64,000 nucleotides of DNA from assembly GCF_009914755.1 (NCBI RefSeq), contig NC_060936.1. One strand, written 5' to 3'. The stretch is from the human T2T-CHM13v2.0 reference genome, Homo sapiens. The translations under genes and the position numbers were made by a program. The notes beneath the pieces are model-generated. The model had not been told where the DNA came from, did no database searches, and saw only the letters and a list, made by a program, of their open reading frames with translations. Shown here piece by piece: positions 1-17,412 of this stretch; position 1 is the stretch's first letter, and every line of letters starts with the position of its first letter.

Positions 1-2640
1 GAATCTGTATGTGTCTATATATTTACCTTTACCAGTGACATTTATGCTTATATATGCTTTCACATTTCTGTTTATCATGTTTTTATTTCAATTTTAAGAA
101 CTCCCTCAGCCTTTTTTGTAAGGTGGGCTTAGTGGTGACATACTTTGTCAGTTTTTGTTTATGTGAGAAATACTTTTTTCATCTTAATTTTTTAAGTTTT
201 GATTTCACAGCCAAAACAGCAGAAAAGATTATCTATTTTATACCTGTCATACTAAGCCACAACTGAAAACATAAGTAATTCAGAGTGTCACAGGTCTAGG
301 ACAAAAGACCAAAGGGGACTCTTTTGGTGTGATCAGGGTGGGTCTCTCAGTGGTGGACCTCGTGATCAGAGGGTCATGGAAGTTCTAAATTCTTTGAGAG
401 GAAAATTTGAAACAGTAGCAAACACTTCAGTAATTTGCATCTATATCCTTACATCCTTAGTCTCTACCATTTCATATTTCTGCTCTTGTGACCTTTACAA
501 GTACACAAGCTAGTGGTTTAATTGGACCTCTGACACATCATCTTTTTTTGCACTTCACCCTGCACTTCCTTTTCCACTCCCAAGCTCACCAATAGGGATC
601 ACTCACCTTGGCTTTCGTGGCACTATGGTTTCTATGAGGATGGTGCTAAGGCTGAAAGCTCTTCTTCATTAATGAAGTATACTTTTTCTGGGCACAGAAC
701 TCTTATATAGCTTTATTTTCTTTCAGAATTTTTAATATATCACCTTATGCTCTCCTTGCCTGCCAAGATTTTGCTGAGACATTCACTGACATTTTTATGG
801 AGGTTCCCTCATGTGTGATAAGTTATTTTCTCTGTTATCAAAATTCTCTTTCTCGTAGATATTCAGCAAATTTATTATAATGTGTTTCTCTATGTTCTTA
901 TTTGGATTGATCCTCTGAGGTTTTGTACCTTCATGACTGTGAATGTTACTTTTTCTCCATGAATTGGGAATTTTCAGTTATTACGTTACATAATCTCTCT
1001 GCCCCTCTTCTCTCTATCTTTTCTTTCTGAAACTCCTATAATGTATATAATAGTTCACTTGATAGTATTTCATAAATATCACAGGCTTTATTTTTACTCT
1101 TTTTCACTTTTTCCTCTTATGAGCGAATCATTTTTAAAAATCTGTGTTTAAATTTGCAGATTTTTTGCTCTATTATTCAAGTCTGCTATTGAATGTCTCT
1201 GTTGCATTTTTCAATTCATACATTGTACTCTTCAGCTACAGAATTTGTTACTTTCTTTTTTATAATTTTTATCTTTTTAAAACTTCTGGTGCTATGCTGC
1301 AGCTGTTTCATTTATGTTGTTTTCCTGAACTCATCGAGTTGTTTTCTGTGCTCTCTTCTAGTTTGCTGAGCATCCTTAAAGCAATTATTTTGAATTATTT
1401 GTTAGACAATTCATAGGTCTTAATTTCTTTGAGGTCATTTACTGGAAAATTATTGTGTTTCTTTGGCGGTATTATGTTTTCTCAATTTATGTGTTTCTTG
1501 TAGACTTGTGCTGATATCTGTGCATTTTAGAGAGCAGTCACATTTTCCATACTCTACAAAAGGGTTTTGATGGGGAAAGATCTTCACATATGGGTGGCCA
1601 TGAGGGTGCTGGCTGGGTTGGGGTATCAGAGTTAGTTCCATCTCTGGGAAAGGCACAGTGGGATAATCTATTTGCAGCTCTTTCACTTGAAGTCAGCCTT
1701 GGTGAAGACCATGGGAGTCCTCAGCAACCAAGACTGTGGGTCTCCACAGCAGCAGCAAGGACTGTTGAAGTCTTTATTGAGAAAGTCGTCTGGGGGTACT
1801 CCCATTCTCTTTTTCCACCACAGAAGGGAGTCATGGCAGAGGGGGTTCCTGTTGCTGCTGCCTCTGGGGTGAAGGCATGTTCACAGTGGTAGTGGTTCTG
1901 ATGTCTGATGCCCAGGCATATGGGAAATGATCATTGCTCTGGGGTTTGAGGCATGGACAAACCATGCTCCCACCACATGTGTCAACCATGGTTCTGTGGT
2001 CCAATGTGAGGAGCACCTGTTACAGCAGCTATGGCACTAATGTCCAAAGTGCAGAAGTGTGGGGTAGCTGTGAAGACAGAGTCTGAATCGTAGGCACACA
2101 CTAAGTGACTATGATTCTGAGGTTCAGTGTGTGCACATGGTTGTGGGTGGTGGTGGGTCTGACCCCAGAGTGGTACAGCAGATACTGTTTCTCTGGAAGC
2201 TACAGTAGCAGCTCTTTGTCTGGTGTGGGGGACATGCAATGGTGTATACTCCAGAAAATTCTATCAACTGGGATCAGCATCAGCAGAGACTACAAGTATC
2301 CTTGCTTGAAAAAGTTGAGGATTTCTGTGGTATCGGTGAGGGCTACTGAGGTCCTTTGATTGTCCTTTTTTTTCTTGGCGGGGGAAAATTTTGCCAAGGA
2401 GATCCCTCTTGAGGCAAAGTTATGCCAGAGTAGGGGATGAGGCAAGACACTTCTATGCTTTTCTATGCAGTCATCCTCAGCTTTTGCTCATCTGGATAGC
2501 TGCAGGTTCTTTACCAAACTCTTGAGCTTTCCAAGAGTTATTTTTCATGGTATTTAGTTTTTCTTAGTTTTATCTGTGTGTATAAAGGAGGAATGGGATG
2601 AGCATTGAAACCTTCTAGTCCTCCAACTTGATATGATTCC
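1..2640 (-). mobile_element. Old LINE-1 (L1M/L1MA-type), 5' UTR plus ORF1 region, interrupted by the RPL41 retrocopy
   Basis: Resembles antisense L1 ORF1-end consensus (gaactccctcagc...tagtggtgaca...; ttgctgagacattcactgac...ggaggttccct). A GC-richer 5' UTR-like tract spans ~1590-2460 and an L1 5'-end-like motif lies near 2610-2640. Confidence 0.75.
197..658 (-). pseudogene. RPL41: Processed pseudogene of ribosomal protein L41 (eL41), with 5' UTR, degenerate CDS (618 to 518) and 3' UTR
   Basis: Minus strand reads ctttcagccttagcacc...gcc acg aaa gcc aag [30 nt] tgg aaa agg aag tgc agg gtg aag tgc aaa...cag agg tcc aat taa accactagcttg...gagcagaaatatgaaatg...ccctctgatc...gagacccacc...gacctgtgacactctg...gctgttttggctg. 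This is colinear with RPL41 mRNA as recalled ([25 protein letters not shown]). ATG is mutated to ACG, with 6-nt and 1-nt deletions, an A-rich end and a decayed TSD (178-196 vs 659-677, 13/19). Confidence 0.88.
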
Positions 2641-4087
2641 TCTGTTGTTTCCATAGCCTGAATATTGTAATTAATGCTGCAATAAGAGAATGCAGATCCT
2701 AAGTTTATTCCCTTTGGATATATATTAAGAAATGGGATTGCCAGATCAAATGATAATTCTATCCTTAACTTTTGTGGAACCTCTATATTGTTGGTCCTAG
2801 AGCTTGCATCATTTTACATTTTCACCCAAAAATGTACAAGAGTTCTCAGTTTTCCACAATTCTGTCCACATTCATAGTCACTTTTTTAAAATAGCCATTC
2901 TTACAGGTGTGAGGTGATATATGCATTTCCCTGATGATTAGTGATTTCAAAGACCTTTTCATATATCTGTTGGCCATCTATGTCTTCTTTTGAGTGAATT
3001 TTATTTAGGTCCCTTTTCAATTTTTTCATCAAATAATAATAATGATAGTGATATACTTATTAACTATATAATAATTATATTATTAGTTATATAATAATTA
3101 TACAATATTATTATATAATAATTATAAAATTATACATGTAATTGTATAATTATATGTAAAATACATACAATATGTTATATTATATTACTATAATAATATT
3201 ATTATTATATTGCTATTGACTTACTTAACATATATTGGATATTTACCCCTTATCAGATGTATGGTTTGCAAATGTTTTCTTTCATTCTGTAGGTTGCCTT
3301 TTTATTTTCTTGTTTCTTTTGCTGCACAAAAGCTTTTTAGTTTGACACAGTCCTGTTTGTCTGTTTTTGCTTTTGTTGCTTGTGTTTTTGGTGTCATATC
3401 TAAGAAATCATTGCCCAGTTCACGTCAACAACCTTTTACTCTGTTTTCTCTTAAGAGTTTTGTTGATTCAGCTGTTATGTTTGATTCTTTATTATATTTT
3501 CAGTTGGTTTTTGTATATAGTATGAATAAGGATCCAATTTTACTCCTCTGTATGTGGCTATCCAATTTTCTCAAAACCATTTATTAAAGAAAATATTCTT
3601 TCCCCATTGTATATTCTTGTCACTCTTGTCAAAAATCAGTTAACCATGCATACATGTATTTATTTATGGGCTCTGTATTATGTTCCATTGGTCTACATTA
3701 TTCTTTTTATGACAGTACCATGATGTTTTGATTACTGGGATTTGTAACATATTTTGAAATTAAGGAGCATGACATTTCCTGCTTTGTTTTTGTTGCTCAA
3801 CATTGCTTTGGCTATTTGGAATCTTCTGTGGTTCTATATGAATTTTAAGATTTCTTTTTCTGTGTGAAAATAAATGCCATGGAAATTTTGGTAGCCATTA
3901 CATGGAATATATATAAATTGCTTTGAAAGTAATGGGCATTTTAATGGTATTCTTCAAATCCATGAACATGAGATGCCCTTTCAGTTATCTTTGTCTTTTA
4001 ACATTTCTTTTGTCAATATGTAGTGTGAAATACAGAAGTCTTTCTCTTCTTTGGTTGTATTTATTCCTCAATATTTTATTATTTTTG
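2641..4087 (-). mobile_element. LINE-1 (L1MA-like) ORF2 3' portion, non-inverted arm
   Basis: Antisense L1 ORF2 motifs (atagccattcttacaggtgtgaggtgatat; ttgctcaacattgctttggctattt). An AT-rich expansion lies at ~3030-3210. Confidence 0.85.
3030..3210. repeat. AT-rich low-complexity (TAA/TA) expansion
   Basis: Near-pure A/T runs of tataataattat units. Confidence 0.85.
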
Positions 4088-4874
4088 AAAGTGTTCCAAA
4101 TAGATAAAAAGAGAGAACATTTCCATACTTATTTCCTGAGGCCGGTATCACCCTGATAGCAAAGCCAGACAAAAACATTACCATAAAAGATAGTTAAAGG
4201 CCAATATTCATTATGAAAATAGACTAAAAAATGTAACAAATTACTAGCAAACTGAACATAACAGCACATTAAAAGACTAATGCACTATGATCAAGTAGGA
4301 TTTACTCCTAGCATGTGGGGATAGTTTAACCTATACAAATCAATCAACATGATACACCACATTAACTGAATGAAAGACACAAATCACATGATTATCTCAA
4401 TAGATGTAGAAAAGGCATTGACAAAATCAATACCCTTTTATAATAAAAAACCTGAACAAATTAGGTATAGAAGGAAAATATTTAACATAATAATGGCCTT
4501 TTATATCAAGCCTATAGCTAACATTGTACTTAATGATAAAAAGTCAAAAGCTTTTTGAGAACAAGACAAGGATGCCCATTCCTGCCTCTCTTATACAACG
4601 CAGAACTTAAAGTCCTAGCTGGAGACATTAGGCAAGAAAAAGAAATAAAAGGAATCCAAATAACAAAGAACGAAAGAAAATTATCTTTGTTTGGCAATGT
4701 CGTGATTTTTGATGTAGAAAATTAGACCTCACCAAAAAAAACCGATTAGAACTAATAAATTCAGTGAAATCACATGGTACGAAATCAACATAGAGAAATC
4801 AGTTGCGTTTTTATACATTAAAAATGACCTATCCAAAAAGGAAATTAAGAAAACAATTCCATTTGTGATAGCAT
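4088..4874 (+). mobile_element. LINE-1 ORF2 RT-region fragment, inverted arm of the same insertion
   Basis: ORF 4370-4558 (MKDTNHMIISIDVEKA...KPIANIVLN) matches L1 RT. Its 3' end is contiguous in consensus with the start of the minus arm. Confidence 0.85.
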
Positions 4875-5640
4875 GCTCACTTTCCTTGAGCCTGCTCCCA
4901 CAGTTGGCCATAGTAGGTTGCATAATGTTTTTCCCAAGTTTTCAAACAGCATGTTAGAACCATATCCAATAATCCATTCCTGTGTGTTAAACCTGTGTCA
5001 TTGAAGATTGCTCAGTTATCCAGCTTTATATTCTGCACACAATTTTGAAAAGTATAGATTCCTAGTTTCATTGGTATACAGTTGTCAGGTTTTATAGCTT
5101 CATTGGCTTATATTTTATTTCTTAGGGGCCTAACACTTATTCAGTCTGGGTGTGATATTTGACACTGTTTGCAGTTAAAGGTCTAGTGACCAAAAGGGAA
5201 AGTGATGGCATATCCTGGGGAAGGTGAACATTTACTGATAAGGTATTTATTTCATTTGGAATCTATGAATATTCTCCCACCAAGAGAGTTGGAATCTCTC
5301 TTCTTAAAAATAGGGTTCAGGATACTTTTGCCTGCCAAGAGAGTCTCATAGAATCAAGAGATATAACATTCTCAAGTGCATCAATCCAGATGTGATAAGC
5401 CTTCCCAAGTTTCAGGTTTCCATTTCTTCTCTATTAGGACCCTGGTTGTGGTATATGAAGTGATCCTTCTATGAATCTGCTACTCTAATAATTATAGGCT
5501 TAATCATCACCTGTTTCTCTTCTGCTCTGGAAGATAAAAGTCCCTTTAAATTGTGCCTCAGAGGTGGCATTTTTATCTAAGTCGTTGATTAGTAAACAAT
5601 GAGCCAGTCATTTTCTCTCTGAAGTGAATCCATGGTGCTT
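4875..5640 (-). mobile_element. Possible ancient ERVL internal fragment (HERV16-like)
   Basis: Weak resemblance to recalled ERVL-int antisense sequence (tagtgaccaaaagggaaagtgatgg; cccaagtttcaggtttccatt...ggaccctgg). Confidence 0.35.
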
Positions 5641-5707
5641 ATCAAAGTTACCAGTTCCATGGTTCTTATAGATGCTTTATCCCTTTTATCTCTCAAATGC
5701 TCTAGAC

Positions 5708-5924
5708 CAGAATTTGACAAAATTTGGTTCATGGATCAGATTGGAACTGCTACCAGTATTCATAAATATTGTTTTATGGTAACAAAGCCACACCTATTTA
5801 TGTATTGTCTGTAGCTTCTTTTGTACTGTAATGGCAGAGTTGAGTAGTTGAGACAGACCACATTACCCACATAGATTAGAATTTTACCATTTGGCCTTTT
5901 AGAGAAAAAGTTTGCCAACTCTTA
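5708..5924 (+). mobile_element. MER58A (hAT-Charlie non-autonomous DNA transposon)
   Basis: Diagnostic atggcagagttgagtagttg and gaaaaagtttgccaac. Imperfect 8-bp TSD ctctagac / ctacagac. Confidence 0.85.
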
Positions 5925-7344
5925 CTACAGACACTGCTTTAGCTAGTGTACCATTTTTCACTTTGAGTGATACAACTGTGTCACTTACCAACTTTTAATC
6001 ATGAGCACGTTTTTAAATTTTTCTGAGCTTTAGTTTGCATATCCCTATGTAATCTGAAAATAAAAAGCTGGATGACATTTTTATGGACCTTCTTAGCACT
6101 GTGAAGCATGCAAAATAACTCAAATACAACACCTAGTAAAACAAAATGGAAAGGGAATTTGTACCTCTATTGCATTCTTTCAAAGATGCACTAAGGGGGA
6201 TTTTATGCATGCTACAGAACAAAAACTTTTTTTCCTTTCTTTTAATCATTCCCAATAATGCACCCTTCATCTCCTCAAAACTCTTACCTATCATTTCTTT
6301 CTCCCATATTCACCTCATGGTAACTTCCAACAGTGACATCTTTTTCTTTTACTCACCCAATCAATGTTCCTCTTTTCTTCTAGCCTTCTCATTCTATTCT
6401 CTCTACCATAAGCAATGCTGTGTTTGTATGTTCTAATAATCAACCAAACCTTTTTCTTCAATTTTTTTAGTTCCATTATTTTACCAGTGAAGCAAGTTAA
6501 ACAACTCAGATGGGAGGAAGGCTCTTAATACTTATATAAAAAGTGTTTTTCTGTCACTCATTTATTCCAGTAAAATCTGCTCATTCTTCCTGTCATGAAC
6601 GTATTTAAATCCTAGCCAGAGTCCCTCTTCCTTTTTCTCCAGCTAACTTGATTCCTCCGAGATACCCTAGTTAGTACTTTTATTTCAGCCTGTGTGCATC
6701 CAGAGACAAAGTGTCTAGCAACATTTCAAGTACTAGAGAATTTGAAACTATTTTAAATTATTCTGAAAGAAGAAAAATAAATGATAGAATTCAATTCCTC
6801 AGGAGTCTGCAGTATAAGAAAGGCTGTGTGTCCACAGAGTCCTTTTTGTAATGCAGCCTAACCTCAATAAAATGGAAAGACATGTAAGATACCTCTGTTG
6901 ACTGCTGACTTCCCAAAAAGGTGATGAAAATAGGCTTACAATCAAGAAAACTCGATTTTTTATTGCTTTTTTTGCTTACCATAACAAAGAAGATCACAAT
7001 CTTAACAAAATCTTGCAGAGACTGATTGAAGAGGTCAAAAGCAGATAAAATATTTATAAGACTCTGTGGGTGTGGTTTTCAAGCAGATCATTCCATGAGG
7101 ATGTCTGATTGAAATGAGAAAAAATTTGTGATACCAAAGTTTAGGATTAGGTGGCATACAAGGGGAGAGTTCAAAATATAAACAGTGATTTAATAAAATG
7201 AAATGAACAATTTATTATGAGAAGAACAATAATGGTCTGAGAGTTGAGCTGACTAGTCTTTTTTTCAGATAAATGGATATTTGGCATGTTTCTGGGTTTG
7301 CTTTTTAAAAAAAGCTAAGTTACTTAAAGCTTGATCTTACTGGA

Positions 7345-8278
7345 TTTGTTAGACAAAATTGTAAAGACTCCCCCCTACATATTCAACCAATCATTAATCT
7401 AAGTACTTCTGTGAAGACGCTTTGCAAAAATAAAGTTAGAACATTAAAATAGTGAGAATAGATTACACATGCAGCCCTGATATAATTACATAAGCCCTTA
7501 AAAACAAATACATTTGTCCAATTAGAGTCAGACAGATGTGGTGGAATAAGAGAGAGAAAACAAAGCCAAAGAGGTGGTCAGAGAAACTTAAAGCCTGAGA
7601 AATACTTGACCTGCCATTGCTGGCTTTAAAATATGGAGGAATGAGCTTATAAACTATGGATTTTTAGCATTTTTTACAAGCTGAGGATAACCACAGTCCA
7701 AGAGACAGCAGGGAAACAACAGAGACCTCCATCTCACAGATCTGTGGTATTGGGTTTTTCCAATAATCTGGAAATGCCTTCTCTCCTACAGCTTCCGGAA
7801 AGAAATGCAACCCTCTAAATATTGTGATTTCAGCATTTTCAAGAGTAAATAAATAGGCTGGGCAGAGTGTCTCATGCCTGTCATCCTAGCAATTTGGGAG
7901 ACCAAGGCGGGTGTTTCACGTGGGGTCAGGAGTTTGAGACCAGCCTGGCCAACATGAAAAACCTCGCCTCTGTTAAAAATACAAAAATTAGCTGGCCGTT
8001 GTGGCATGCATCTGTGATCCCAGCTGTTCAGGAGGCTGAGGTAGGAGAATTCACTTGAACCTGGGAGGCAGAGGTTACAGTGAGCCGAGATTGTGCCACT
8101 GCACTCCAGCTTATGTGACAGAGCAAGGCTCTGTCTCTAAATAAATAAATAAATAAATAAAACAGTTCAACCATAGTATACCTAGCCTTGTGACCCATAG
8201 AACTGTGAAATTATAAATATGTGTTGTTGTTAAGCTGCTAAATTTGTGATAATTCTTTATGGCAGCAATTGAAACAAC
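7345..8278 (+). mobile_element. MLT1 (MLT1E-like) MaLR solo LTR, split by an Alu
   Basis: cttgacctgccattgctggcttt; cagcttccggaaagaaatgcaaccct; 3' end agaactgtgaaattataaat...taagctgctaaatttgtg...ggcagcaatt. Confidence 0.75.
7856..8162 (+). mobile_element. AluS (Sx/Sz-like) with (TAAA)n tail
   Basis: Dimeric Alu: ggtcaggagtttgagaccagcctggccaacatg, aaaaatacaaaaattagc linker, gccactgcactccagc. Confidence 0.95.
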
Positions 8279-9054
8279 ATGGCTGGGTTGGGGGGAAGAT
8301 CTCAAGTAGTAAACTCATGTTAATGCAGACTTCAGATTGTGAAATAATTAAGCCATGTTAATGTAAACATAGTTCAGAATCCTTTCACTGTTTGTCTGCA
8401 GGTGGTTTCATTTTAGCTCTCACCCCTAAACATCAAAATCTATCCCACATATTCTGAATTATACAAGGCAATAGGAAAGCCAATTCCATACTTACCAATG
8501 AAAACTAAATAAAGGTAGGGTCTTCAATCAACACTCTGAGAGTTCTCATAATTGGGTGTGAGGAATTCCCTTATTTCCATGCACAAGAACCTTACCTTGC
8601 TTGTCAAAAATCTAATTTCAAAAGATGAAGAATTAATCTGTATTTCTTCCCACTCCCCATACCCACCTTTATATCTTGTCTATGTATTGTTTAATCTTAG
8701 CTTCTTTTTAACACTTTTGTCCCTATATGTGTTTCCTAATACAGAAAATTCAGAAGGCTTTTGAGTTTGAAATGCCATTAAAGTTTTCCCTCAACTTTCG
8801 GCCTTAATTGCTACCATGCAGATCCGATTCAGAAGTAACTGAACCTCTGCTTTATTCACCACCATTTCCCATTGAATGGCCATCTTCGGGGGTTCCCCAT
8901 ATCTGAACACACATGCCGATTATTTTCCTGATGGCATATTGTTGCGAATTTGACATGTATTTACTCCAATAGCTAGCTATCGATCATGTTGTATATCTAA
9001 TTTACAGCTGCCGGCATTTTTTTCACAGAACAAAGATATTCAGGAAGTTTTTAA

Positions 9055-9078
9055 GTGTGCCATATATATATATGTGTG

Positions 9079-9109
<31 letters not shown>

Positions 9110-9138
9110 GCATGTATGTATATATGTATGTGTGTGTG
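9055..9138. repeat. (TA)n/(TG)n compound microsatellite
   Basis: Seen directly. Confidence 0.95.
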
Positions 9139-9986
9139 AGATTTCAAAGACTGTCATTTAATTGTGCTTCCAAGATTGTCTACCTCTTGCTTTTTAGTAG
9201 ACTTTTCAGTAGACTCTTTGAGTTTTCTTTCATCTCTGGTAGAGCACCCTATAAGAATTGCTCCACTTTTGTAATGGAGCATATAGCTTCTACCAACAAT
9301 TTCAAAGTTGCTTGCTTTTTGTCTTATTGAGGCATCAGAATATCCAGTAGGGATGATCTTTCCCAGTAAACAAGGCAAAATTCTTGAACAAATGCACTCC
9401 TGTCTTCCACGTTTTTTCCCTTTCTAGAAATTACCAAAAATTCTTGAGAAATACAAGATAGCAAACGAATAAAGGCTTGCAATTTAGTAAAGAGTCTTAT
9501 TACACTTCCTCAATTTTGTGAATTCATAATACTTAGCATCAGTTACATTCAACAGTCTCTAAGATGATAATTCTACAAGAGAGCAGGGTAGACAAATTGT
9601 CTCTGATTTGTAAGGATATTTTTAAAATCACTGCAACTTCTGCTTTCTAAAACCATAATTCCAAAAACTGTTTAAGGTGAAGCTGCATTTTTAAGTAATC
9701 ATATATTTTTGACCAAGGAAAGTATTTAAGATAAAGATTGCTTCTCCAGTGTGACCCACATATGGCAGTTCATCTTAGCATTGTACTATATTCAAAAGAA
9801 ATATCAGGCAACTATTTACCAACTCACTCACTTGCAAATAGAAATGGAAAGAAACTGAAATATATATTACATAACCTTGACCAAAAAAAAGCCTTCAAAT
9901 CGTATGTGTTATTCAAGTGATGCTATTCATTCAAAATCAAAATCTCTCTCTCTCTGCCTGCCTTTTTCTTATTACCCATGCCATAA

Positions 9987-10470
<484 letters not shown>

Positions 10471-13400
10471 TTACACAGATTTTACCTATTTATCCACCTC
10501 ATTTGTAATACATATAAATGTTTATTGTCTCATTTTTAAATATATAGTTTTATTTTATTAAATAAATTCTAAATAAGAAAATTTATTATATAATAGTTTT
10601 AGTGAAGAAATATTTGAATATATCTCAGTATTTAAATTACAAAAGAGTAAAATTTATTTTTCTTCCAATCTACAATATTTGCTATATACCTATTATACAC
10701 TAACTATTATGTTGGATATCATGAACAGATAAAAATGAGATTAAATATCTGCCCACCTGGAGCTCATGGTGTATTGTATGCAATATATGATACATGTTAG
10801 CAAACAAACAAAAAAAGTAAGTGCAAAATGCTTAGAAGGCAACATAATTGGTTCTGTGATAGAGAATATGAATTTAAAATGTTCAAAGATGGCCCATTAA
10901 GGAGACAGTGTTGAAACTGGCTGCCAAAAAATGGGAAAGGCCTAGTCACACACACACAAAATCACAAAAGTATAATAGCAGATCTTAAATTAGATTGTTA
11001 CATGTTCTGTAAGTATTAATATGATTTATTATAATTAAAATTATAGTGTAAACCAATACTACTATCAGTCTAATGACACTGGACACTTTGCTTATAATAA
11101 AATTAAACTATTATTCATAACTTATTTCCACATAGCATCTTCAGTCACCAATACTTTAATATTTCCTGTTTAAAGTTACTTTTCTCTTAGAATGAATAAC
11201 TTGCTGGAAGTTGTTTTATTCCTGGAAGTCACAACTTTTCTGTTCCTCTGATAGCGTTAGATCAATGAGCATTGGTTCATCAAATACATAACATCCTTAA
11301 ATTTCTGTTCAAAGCATTTCCACCCATATTTTCAAGAAGCAGCAGTCAGCTATCGATTATATCTGATTGTAAAAATACAAGTTAGACAATATAAATGTCC
11401 TGAGCAGAAGTTTGTAAATATTTTGAACATATGTACCCCAACACAAATATTGCCTTTTCTTTCAACTTCAAATAAACTTAACAACATTGATTCACATATA
11501 TATTATCTGTCAATTTCTCTAAATCTTTTAGTTCTACAGTCTTAACAATTAGGCCAATTAAGAAAGCAATAGCTTAGGAAGTATCTGAATATTTACGGTA
11601 AAATTTTTGCTTCTGTCACCCATTTCTCCAGTAAAATTCTGCTTAATTCCTCCATTAATGGACTCACCTAATTCCCAGTTAAACCTTTTATTTTTTCCTT
11701 TTTTACAGCTAGTTTGATTAAAAAGTAACAGACACAGGTTCTTTGGCTGCCAAACATTAAAGGAAAAAAATTTAATTTTTAAATTTATTTTACATATATG
11801 TGACTGTTTTGGGATACCAGAAATATTTGTTACCCCAATTTTCTTTTTTTTTGAAAAACAAGATAGTATTAACCACATGTCTAAGATACAATTTCTTATA
11901 TTTCTGTGAAAATGCAGCTATAGATGTCATCATGAGTAGGGACCTTTATAGTGTCATAAAAATTCAGTGTCACTATAAATTTATGCTGCTGAAAATGTCG
12001 ACATTTATGGCAACTTCTACAAGGACATATTTTAGAATGATACTAAAACTTGATACAGCAACTTTTATTTATTTAAAAAGTAAAATTACAAACGAAAACA
12101 TTTACTCTAATTTTTGAAATTGTCAATACGGATAATTAATTTTTAAAATTCTCAAATCACATCAAGGTTTGAGGGGTACTTAAAAATCATACCAATCAAA
12201 ATTAAAAAGCATGAAAGCATGTTCATGTATTATTCAAATATAACAATTGATGCATATAATTAATACTTATTTACAATGTTAATATAGAGTTTTAATACCT
12301 GATGATGCTATTAACAATGCAAGCATATGATGATGCTTATTTAAGAATTATACTAATCACAGCTCTATATCAGCAAACTTTTAACTCATTTCATATCCTG
12401 GGGCAAAGCACAGTTATTATTTCGATGAATTTAAAAAATATATAAGGATTGTCCCAATTCACCAATTCATGCAGAAGGATGATTCTATGTTTAGCAATAA
12501 AAGTTTCTTTGCAATAAGAAGAGTAAGCTCATTGAATGGTCTATTTTTGGCAACTACAGAAGAACCAAAGGAACTTCACATTCAAACTCAATATCTAAGT
12601 CAGAAAAGCTGCTAAATAGTTATTAGATATATTTTGACATATTAGACAATATTTGACATATTTTGACAGTGCTGGTGGTAGATGGGAAATTGGCAAAGAT
12701 TGGAAATTTCAAACCAGGATCCTTTTTCCCCTCTCTCCATAGCTGGGTAACCTGACACCCACCAGGAGGCTCAGCGTTATCATGGAAAAAATGCCATATT
12801 TACAATTAGAAATTCAAAGAGCTCTAGTCTACCCCTAGAAGATAGACGCGTTGTACCTTGGGCTCAGACACCATCATACAGTTCCTATGTATAAGACATT
12901 GATATATATAGACGTTTCCTGAGGTCAATGCTCATATTTAATTAAGTTATGGTACCTGGATAATTTTATTTTTCCTACATACATATTTTGAAATGTGTTG
13001 TTGTAAAATGTGAGTGATTTTTATTTTTTAGATAGGATGTCTGGGCTACAAACTAATAAAATACTATCAATATGTTACAGATATATTTTTACCTAGTTTG
13101 TTGTACATCATTGTATTTGAAGGCATTCAGGTATGATCTCTCAAACAAGTAAGTACGTTATTTATTTGGAACAGGTAAGGAGTTGAGAAGTAACTTCTGA
13201 AAGCTCATATGGTTGCTCAGACTTCCTGCAACCAATTGATATCTCTCAATGCAATAAAAAGAAATTAGTGATTACCACTTCCAGGAATGTAGAATAGACA
13301 TGTGTTTCTTTTTTTCTGTCTCTTTTTTTTTTAATTATTACACTTTAAGTTTTAGGGTACATGAGCACAATGTGCAGGTTTGTTACATATGTATACATGT

Positions 13401-13541
13401 GCCATGTTGGTGTGTTGCACCCATTAACTCGTCATTTAACAATAGGTATATCTCCTAATGCTATCCCTCCCCTCTCCCCTGACCCCACAACAGGCCCTGG
13501 TGTGTGATGTTCCCCTTCCTGTGTCCATGTGTTCTCATTAT

Positions 13542-17349
<3,808 letters not shown>

Positions 17350-17412
17350 TATGATGTTAGCTGGTTATTTTGCTTGTTAGTTGATGCAGTTTCTTCCTAG
17401 CCTTGATGGTCT

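Noticed and set aside
400-670. Beta-defensin-like reading (KCRVKCKK) on the minus strand
   Set aside because: No six-cysteine pattern. RPL41 explains the CDS and both UTRs colinearly, and the Cys codons are CpG-decayed Arg codons (CGC to TGC).
6820-7340. Possible LTR-derived sequence
   Set aside because: No diagnostic termini or family match I can support.
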